Part shown: piece by piece, positions 58,395-64,000 of the stretch | Layout of the letters: every line of letters begins with the position of its first letter | Numbering within the stretch: position 1 is the stretch's first letter | DNA from: an uncultured Burkholderiales bacterium | GTDB taxonomy: Bacteria > Pseudomonadota > Gammaproteobacteria > Burkholderiales > Burkholderiaceae_C | Assembly: GCA_903832625.1 (NCBI GenBank) | Contig: CAILCI010000081.1 | Location: forward strand, 16,452 to 80,451 | DNA length: 64,000 nt | Direction of reading: 5' to 3' | Notes under the pieces: generated by a model | Seen by the model: the letters and a program-made list of their open reading frames with translations, nothing else | Databases searched by the model: none | Told to the model about the DNA's origin: nothing | Made by a program: the position numbers and the translations under genes

Positions 58395-58837
58395 AACAAT
58401 TGCTCCAAAACGGTTTTTAAGTTGGTCGGTAAGGCCTGTACTGGACGACGGTGTTGCTTGTCCACATACACATGCACAAAGTGCCCGCGAGCCGCGCACA
58501 AGTCTTGGTCTTGCGCGAACAAGCCCACTTCATAGCGCACGCTGGAGCTGCCCAGCTTGGCCACACGAATGCCCGCTTCAATGACTTGGGGAAACGCCAG
58601 CGGCGCAAAGTAATTGCATTGTGTTTCAATCACCAGGCCAATCGTGTCGCCGTGGTGAATGTCCAGCGCGCCTTGCTCAATCAGATGCGCGTTGACGGCT
58701 GTGTCAAACCAGCTGTAGTAGACGACGTTGTTGACATGGCCATACACATCGTTGTCCATCCATCGGGTGTCAATGCGACGAAACACCTTGAATGCGCTGC
58801 GCGGCTCGGCTTGGGGGCGGGTGGCGTTTGAACTCAT
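58391..58837 (-). CDS. Acyl-CoA thioesterase (4HBT/hot-dog family)
   Basis: RWMDNDVYGHVNNVVY, HVYVD. Confidence 0.88.
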   Translation of the reverse strand: MSSNATRPQAEPRSAFKVFRRIDTRWMDNDVYGHVNNVVYYSWFDTAVNAHLIEQGALDIHHGDTIGLVIETQCNYFAPLAFPQVIEAGIRVAKLGSSSVRYEVGLFAQDQDLCAARGHFVHVYVDKQHRRPVQALPTNLKTVLEQLL

Positions 58838-59769
58838 AAACTCTGATTTTGCCAGCGTTGCCAATACGCATACGCAACCCGGTAAGTATTGACCTGCACC
58901 TGCACCGTGTCCTCCAGGCTCTCGCCATAGCCGCCTGCCATCGAAAAGGCGAGTGGAATGCGGCGTTGGTAGGCCCAATCGAAGACGCGGCGGTCGCGCG
59001 CTTCTAGGCCGTCGAAGCTCAGGCTCAAACGGCCCAGTCGGTCGCCTTCGTGCGGGTCTGCGCCGGCCAAGAACATCACCAAGCCGGGCTCAAAGCGGGT
59101 GTGCAACTCGTCCAAGGCCTGCTCCAAGGCCTGCAAATAAGCGTCGTCGGTGCAGCCATCGGGCAGCTCGACGTCTAAATCGCTGCGCTCTTTGGCGAAG
59201 GGAAAATTGCGTGCGCCGTGCAGCGAGAGGGTGAAGACCGAATCGTCGCGCTCAAAAATCTTGGCGGTTCCGTTGCCTTGGTGCACATCCAAATCGATGA
59301 TGGCGACTTTCAAAGGCTTTTTGTGCTGCCGAAACCACTCGGCCTGCATCAAGCGCGCCGCCACTGCCGCGTCGTTGAAGACACAAAAGCCACTGCCCTT
59401 GTCGGCATAGGCGTGATGCGTGCCGCCCGCCAAATTGGCCGCCAAGCCTTGGCCTTCAAACAAGGCCGCTCGGGCAGCCAGCACACTCGCCCCAACCGAG
59501 CGGCGCGAACGCTGCACCATCTCGGGCGACCACGGAAAACCAATCTCTTTTTGCTGCGCTGCGCTCAAGCCGCCCTGCGCCACCGACTGGATGTAGCTCG
59601 GCGTGTGCACCAACGCCAGCTCGCCGTCGCTGGCGGGCTGCGCCACATGCAGTTGAATGTGCGGCATCTCCTGCAGCAATCGGTCGCGCAGCCTACGGTA
59701 TTTGGGCATGGGAAAGCGGTGTCCCGCAGGCAGAGGCAAGACAAACTGGTCGGAATAAAAAGCGCGCAT
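58834..59769 (-). CDS. Zn-dependent histone-deacetylase-family protein
   Basis: HRFPMPKY, GGTHHA, GFCVFND, DLDVHQGNG, GADP, GGY. Confidence 0.92.
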   Translation of the reverse strand: MRAFYSDQFVLPLPAGHRFPMPKYRRLRDRLLQEMPHIQLHVAQPASDGELALVHTPSYIQSVAQGGLSAAQQKEIGFPWSPEMVQRSRRSVGASVLAARAALFEGQGLAANLAGGTHHAYADKGSGFCVFNDAAVAARLMQAEWFRQHKKPLKVAIIDLDVHQGNGTAKIFERDDSVFTLSLHGARNFPFAKERSDLDVELPDGCTDDAYLQALEQALDELHTRFEPGLVMFLAGADPHEGDRLGRLSLSFDGLEARDRRVFDWAYQRRIPLAFSMAGGYGESLEDTVQVQVNTYRVAYAYWQRWQNQSL

Positions 59770-59822
59770 CGTCCGATTTTAGAAAGCCACCTCTAAACAT
59801 GCGTTTTGGAAGGTCTAGCCCC

Positions 59823-59850
59823 TTGCAAAGATTCGGGATAACCCTAAACT
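59823..59850 (+). promoter_or_regulatory. Sigma-70-type phasin promoter
   Basis: TTGCAA-N16-TAAACT. Confidence 0.55.
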
Positions 59851-59858
59851 CCATCCCA

Positions 59859-59875
59859 ATGCTGCACCGCAACAT
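59859..59875 (+). promoter_or_regulatory. Putative PhaR operator
   Basis: ATGCTGCACCGCAACAT, an imperfect TGC-rich palindrome just past the predicted TSS of phasin; PhaR is known to bind TGC-rich sites upstream of phaP. Confidence 0.65.
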
Positions 59876-59922
59876 TTTTTGCAAGTTGTTTTCTTTTCAT
59901 TTCACTCTCTAGGAGAAATCTC

Positions 59923-60465
59923 ATGTTGACCGTTGAACAAGTCGTCGCCTCTAACAAAGCCAATCTGGACAACTTTTTTGGTTTGAGCCACCAAGCCTTC
60001 GCTGGCGTGGAAAAATTGGTTGAACTCAACCTCAGCGCCGCTCGCGCTAGCTTGAACGAATCTACTGCCCACGCCAAAGCCGTGTTGGGTGTGAAAGACG
60101 CTCAAGAATTCATCGCTTTGCAAACCAGCTTTGTGCAGCCCTTGGTTGAAAAAACTGTGTCTTACAGCCGTCATGTGTATGACATCACCACTGGCACCAC
60201 TGCCGAACTGAGCAAAGCCGCCGAAGCCAAAGCTGCCGAAGTGCAAGCCGCTGTGTTGGGTTATGTTGACTCTGCTTTGAAAAACGCACCTGCTGGCTCT
60301 GAGTCTGCAGTGGCTTTCTTCAAACAAGCTGTCAGCGCTAGCAACACAGCCGTCGAATCCATCCAAAAAGCGGCCAAACAAGCTGCTGACTTGGCTGAAA
60401 GCAACCTCAACGCTGTGACAGAAACTGCTGTCAAAGCCACAAAAACTACCGCTAAAAAGCGTTAA
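59923..60465 (+). CDS. phaP: Phasin (PHA granule protein)
   Basis: MLTVEQVVA, VEKLVELNL, Ala-rich helices, EKTVSYSRHVYDI; high-expression codon style. Confidence 0.92.
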   Translation: MLTVEQVVASNKANLDNFFGLSHQAFAGVEKLVELNLSAARASLNESTAHAKAVLGVKDAQEFIALQTSFVQPLVEKTVSYSRHVYDITTGTTAELSKAAEAKAAEVQAAVLGYVDSALKNAPAGSESAVAFFKQAVSASNTAVESIQKAAKQAADLAESNLNAVTETAVKATKTTAKKR

Positions 60466-60469
60466 TTTG

Positions 60470-60555
60470 TACCAGTTGTCTCCTCGGGTCCTCTGGACAC
60501 CTCTCTAGGTGCAAGGACTCATTCAAGGGCTCATCGCAAGATGAGCCCTTTTTTT
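60470..60555 (+). ncRNA. Candidate 3'-UTR-derived sRNA with anti-SD seed
   Basis: Seed GTTGTCTCCTC, nested stems and a terminator; see findings. Confidence 0.5.
60525..60555 (+). terminator. Terminator after phaP and the candidate sRNA
   Basis: AAGGGCTCATC-GCAA-GATGAGCCCTT plus a T tract. Confidence 0.85.
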
Positions 60556-60585
60556 GCACTCAAGTTTTGCGCGACAAAACGGATG

Positions 60586-61545
60586 TCAGGGCTGCCCCGC
60601 AGCCAAGGCCGCTTTGAGCTTGGGCAAGGCCTGCAGCATGGCGGCGCGACCGGCTTCAATGGAGCGTTTGCGCGCACTGAACTCGGCGCTGCCCACCCCC
60701 ACCAAATCGGGATGCACCACCAGATCGGCCTCCTTGAGCTCAAAGGCGTTGATGCTCTTGCTCATGATGGTGAAGGTTTGCAACAAAATTTTGAACATGT
60801 CGCTGGTTTTGTTGCCCTCGGGCGTGCTGGAAATATCGACGGCCAGCACATAGTCTGCGCCCATTTGACGGGCATAGCGCACTGGCACGGGAGAGACCAA
60901 ACCACCGTCAACAAATTCACGTGTGCCAATTTTGACCGGCTCAAACACCGACGGCACGGCACTGGATGCACGCACCGCCGTGGCCACATCGCCGCGTTGG
61001 AACATCACACCTTGGCCTGTGTTGAGATCGGTGGCCACAATGCCCAACGGCATTTTGAAATCTTCAATGCGACGCCCAGCCACTTGGTTGTTGACATAAC
61101 GCGCCAGTGCGTCACCGCGCATCATGCCGCGCCCCATCAGCGGAACCGTCCAGTCGGTGAGTGCAGCTTCCTCCATAGTTTCGGCCACGGTTTGGAGTTG
61201 CGCCGCTGTTTTGCCACTGGCGTACAAAGCCGCTACAAAGCTGCCCGCCGAGGTGCCGACCACCAAATCGGGTTTGATGCCCGCTTCTTCCAACACCTGC
61301 AACACGCCGACGTGCGCAAAACCTCGTGCCGCGCCGCCGCCCAAGGCCAGACCGAGTTTGAGCGGCCGTTTGGGCGTTGGTGTCGCGGGCGTCGTGCTTT
61401 GGGGTTGCTCGGTTTGTTGCGAAGTGGTGAGTGGCACCGAAGTACAAGCGGCCAAGCTGGCCAGCAACAGCCAAGCCACGAGACGTTGTGTTGTTTTCAA
61501 CCATGCAGCGTGCTTGGGTGATGCGTTGATAAAAGCCAATGACAT
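60586..61545 (-). CDS. Patatin-like phospholipase with lipoprotein signal (start may be TTG 61500)
   Basis: LALGGGAARG, GTSAG, VDGGL; lipobox LAAC. Confidence 0.9.
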   Translation of the reverse strand: MSLAFINASPKHAAWLKTTQRLVAWLLLASLAACTSVPLTTSQQTEQPQSTTPATPTPKRPLKLGLALGGGAARGFAHVGVLQVLEEAGIKPDLVVGTSAGSFVAALYASGKTAAQLQTVAETMEEAALTDWTVPLMGRGMMRGDALARYVNNQVAGRRIEDFKMPLGIVATDLNTGQGVMFQRGDVATAVRASSAVPSVFEPVKIGTREFVDGGLVSPVPVRYARQMGADYVLAVDISSTPEGNKTSDMFKILLQTFTIMSKSINAFELKEADLVVHPDLVGVGSAEFSARKRSIEAGRAAMLQALPKLKAALAAGQP

Positions 61546-61609
61546 AAGCGCCTGAATTGCAAAAAAGTGCCTGATTTTGCTTCAAGTGCCGATGCAAAAT
61601 CGCGCATAA

Positions 61610-61631
61610 TTGACGTTTACGTAAACGTCAA
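61610..61631. promoter_or_regulatory. Perfect 22-bp palindrome, LiuR-type operator
   Basis: TTGACGTTTACGTAAACGTCAA, containing ACGT-NN-ACGT cores, upstream of the SDR. Confidence 0.7.
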
Positions 61632-61652
61632 TCAAACACATCAGGAGACCTC

Positions 61653-62411
61653 ATGCAAATCAAAGGCAAAGTTTTCATCGTCACGGGCGGCGCATCGGGC
61701 TTGGGCGAAGGCACGGCGCGGGCGCTGGCGGCGTTGGGCGGCACAGTCGTGATTGCAGACATGCAAGAAGACAAAGGCCAAGCCGTCGCACACGAGATTG
61801 GCGGCGCATTTGTCAAATGCGATGTCAGCAACGAAGAAGACGGCCAAGCCGTGGTGGCCAAAGCCGTGTCGCTGGGCAAACTCATGGGTTTGGTCAACTG
61901 CGCGGGCATTGCGCCGGCACAAAAAACCGTTGGTAAAAACGGCGCGCACAGCTTGAGCGTCTACACCAAAACCATCATGGTCAACTTGGTCGGCAGCTTC
62001 AACATGATTCGCTTGGCGGCTGACGCCATGTGCCACAACGAACCCGAATCGACCGGCGAGCGCGGCGTGATGATTTCCACCGCATCGGTCGCGGCCTACG
62101 ACGGCCAAATTGGTCAAGCCGCTTACAGCGCGTCCAAAGGCGGCGTGGTCGGCATGACGTTGCCGATTGCACGCGATTTGGCTCGCAACGGCATTCGCAA
62201 CATGACGATTGCACCCGGCATTTTTGGCACGCCCATGATGTTTGGCATGCCGCAAGAGGTGCAAGACTCGCTGGCCGCCAGCGTGCCCTTCCCTTCGCGC
62301 TTGGGCACACCGCAAGACTACGCCAAGCTGGCCGTGCATATTTTTGAAAACGACATGCTCAACGGCGAAGTGATTCGCTTAGACGGCGCCATTCGTTTGG
62401 CACCAAAATAA
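61653..62411 (+). CDS. 3-hydroxyacyl-CoA dehydrogenase type II (HSD17B10-like SDR)
   Basis: [40 protein letters not shown]. Confidence 0.9.
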   Translation: MQIKGKVFIVTGGASGLGEGTARALAALGGTVVIADMQEDKGQAVAHEIGGAFVKCDVSNEEDGQAVVAKAVSLGKLMGLVNCAGIAPAQKTVGKNGAHSLSVYTKTIMVNLVGSFNMIRLAADAMCHNEPESTGERGVMISTASVAAYDGQIGQAAYSASKGGVVGMTLPIARDLARNGIRNMTIAPGIFGTPMMFGMPQEVQDSLAASVPFPSRLGTPQDYAKLAVHIFENDMLNGEVIRLDGAIRLAPK

Positions 62412-62453
62412 GCCAGCGCTGCGGCCTTGAACGCCGCCAACGTGAGCTTGCCA

Positions 62454-62487
62454 GGGGGAAGCCTAAAATTAGGCTTCCCCTTTTTTT
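62454..62487 (+). terminator. Terminator between the SDR and dnaG
   Basis: GGGGAAGCCTAA-AA-TTAGGCTTCCCC followed by T7. Confidence 0.8.
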
Positions 62488-62493
62488 GTTCGC

Positions 62494-64000
62494 ATGGCCA
62501 TTCCCCAACCCTTTTTACAAGAACTCCTCGCCCGCGTTGATGTGGTCGAGGTGGTGGGTCGCTACGTGCAACTCAAAAAAGGCGGCGCCAATTACATGGG
62601 GCTGTGTCCGTTTCATGGCGAGAAATCGCCTTCGTTTTCGGTCAGCCCGAGCAAGCAGTTTTTTCATTGCTTTGGTTGTGGCAAAAACGGCAATGCCATT
62701 GGCTTTTTGATGGAGCACAGCGGCATGAACTTTGTCGAAGCCGTCAAAGACCTGGCGCAAAGCGTGGGCATGAGCGTGCCAGACGAAGACCTCTCGCCGC
62801 AAGACCGCGCCAAAGCCGCCGAACAACGCCAAAAACAAGCCACCCTCACCGATGTGCTGGAAAAAGCGGGCGAGGCTTATCGCAAACACCTCAAAGCCGC
62901 GCCCAAAGCCATCGACTACCTCAAAGGCCGCGGCCTGAGCGGCGAAGTGGCCAAAGACTTTGGCCTGGGCTACGCACCCGAAGGCTGGCGCAGCTTGGCC
63001 AGCGTGTTTCCGGATTACCAAGACCCCTTGCTGGTCGAGAGCGGCTTGGTGATCTTGAACCAAGAAGACGGCGCGGACGAAAAACGCTACGACCGCTTTC
63101 GCGACCGCATCATGTTTCCGATTCGCAATGTCAAGGGCGAGTGCATTGGCTTTGGCGGGCGCGTCTTGTTTGAGGGCACGCCCAAGTATTTGAATTCGCC
63201 CGAAACCCCTGTGTTCAGCAAAGGGCGTGAGCTGTACGGTTTGTTTGAAGCCCGCAACGCCTTGCGCGACGCGGGTTATGTGCTCGTGACCGAAGGCTAT
63301 ATGGATGTGGTGGCCTTGGCGCAACTGGGTTTTCCCAATGCAGTGGCCACTTTGGGCACGGCTTGCACCAGCGACCATGTGCAAAAACTGTTTCGCTTCA
63401 CCGACAACGTGGTGTTCAGCTTTGACGGCGACAGCGCAGGCCGTCGCGCCGCCCGCAAGGCCTTGGACGGCGCACTGCCCTACGCCAGCGATGTGCGCAG
63501 CGTCAAGTTTTTGTTTTTGCCCGCCGAACACGACCCCGACAGCTACATTCGCGAATTTGGCAAAGACGCTTTTGCCCACTGCGTGAGCGAGGCCATGCCC
63601 TTGAGCCGCTTTTTGGTCGAAGTGGCACGCGATGGCTGCGACTTGCACACCGCCGAAGGCCGCGCCCACATGGCCAGCAATGCCAAACCGCTGTGGATGG
63701 CGCTGCCCGACGGCGCCTTGAAACGCCAGCTCTTGAGCGAAATTGCCGACTTGGCCGAGTTGGGCAACCACGAGTTGCAAGACCTGTGGATACCGCCCTC
63801 GCCTGCTTCTGGCAAAGGCCAGCGCAGCGGCAGTTTTGGCGGTGCGTCAAAACGGGGCGATTACAAACCGCGCGACGCCACCAGCAGCCAACGCGCCAGA
63901 GGCACGGGATACCGCAAATTCCGCCATATTCCCGCCTCGCGTGCCGACCATGCGGTGCGCATTATTTTGGGACACATGCTGTTGTGGGAAGGTTTGTCGC
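62494..64000 (+). CDS. dnaG: DNA primase (partial; runs off the window end)
   Basis: Not in the ORF track; hand translation from ATG 62494 gives CPFHGEKSPSF...CFGC zinc finger, YDRFRDRIMFPI, KYLNSPET, EGYMDV, FDGD; the segments read, including the last 220 nt, are open. Confidence 0.96.
   Translation, partial: MAIPQPFLQELLARVDVVEVVGRYVQLKKGGANYMGLCPFHGEKSPSFSVSPSKQFFHCFGCGKNGNAIGFLMEHSGMNFVEAVKDLAQSVGMSVPDEDLSPQDRAKAAEQRQKQATLTDVLEKAGEAYRKHLKAAPKAIDYLKGRGLSGEVAKDFGLGYAPEGWRSLASVFPDYQDPLLVESGLVILNQEDGADEKRYDRFRDRIMFPIRNVKGECIGFGGRVLFEGTPKYLNSPETPVFSKGRELYGLFEARNALRDAGYVLVTEGYMDVVALAQLGFPNAVATLGTACTSDHVQKLFRFTDNVVFSFDGDSAGRRAARKALDGALPYASDVRSVKFLFLPAEHDPDSYIREFGKDAFAHCVSEAMPLSRFLVEVARDGCDLHTAEGRAHMASNAKPLWMALPDGALKRQLLSEIADLAELGNHELQDLWIPPSPASGKGQRSGSFGGASKRGDYKPRDATSSQRARGTGYRKFRHIPASRADHAVRIILGHMLLWEGLS

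Noticed and set aside
62515-63780. 421-aa minus-strand ORF
   Set aside because: Antisense shadow of dnaG, which the ORF track missed because it lacks a stop in the window
63790-63930. Gly/Arg/Ser-rich stretch in DnaG
   Set aside because: Consistent with a variable linker before the C-terminal domain; the frame stays open

Overview
A gene-dense, mostly core-genome window from a betaproteobacterium of the Comamonadaceae; a Limnohabitans-like freshwater lineage is an inference from gene order, protein style and TTG-rich Leu usage. It holds phoB(partial)-phoU-pstBACS, glmM-folP-ftsH-rlmE, yhbY, greA-carBA, the rpsB-tsf-pyrH-frr-cdsA-dxr-rseP-bamA-skp-lpxD-fabZ-lpxA-lpxB-rnhB-trmH cluster, a dadA-like gene, nnr, rnr, tRNA-Leu(CAG), rimO-phaR-tRNA-Val(GAC), relA, bdhA, ispDF, mfd-serB, uvrC, earP-efp, a seven-gene coupled run (HDAC to MFS), phasin, patatin, an SDR and dnaG(partial). 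I saw no CRISPR array, IS, integrase or prophage. The best novel candidate is a structured ~90 nt CU-rich element in the phasin 3' UTR. Its seed (GUUGUCUCCU) is complementary to the ribosome-binding site of a Bug/TctC solute-binding gene in this same window, suggesting an sRNA that links PHB storage to carbon uptake. Other points of interest: uppS is absent from its conserved position, the bamA barrel region has low GC and odd codons, there are two orphan regulators with AT-rich DNA, rnr probably starts at a non-AUG (ATC) codon, and several genes look leaderless. All regulatory calls were read by eye and are unvalidated.
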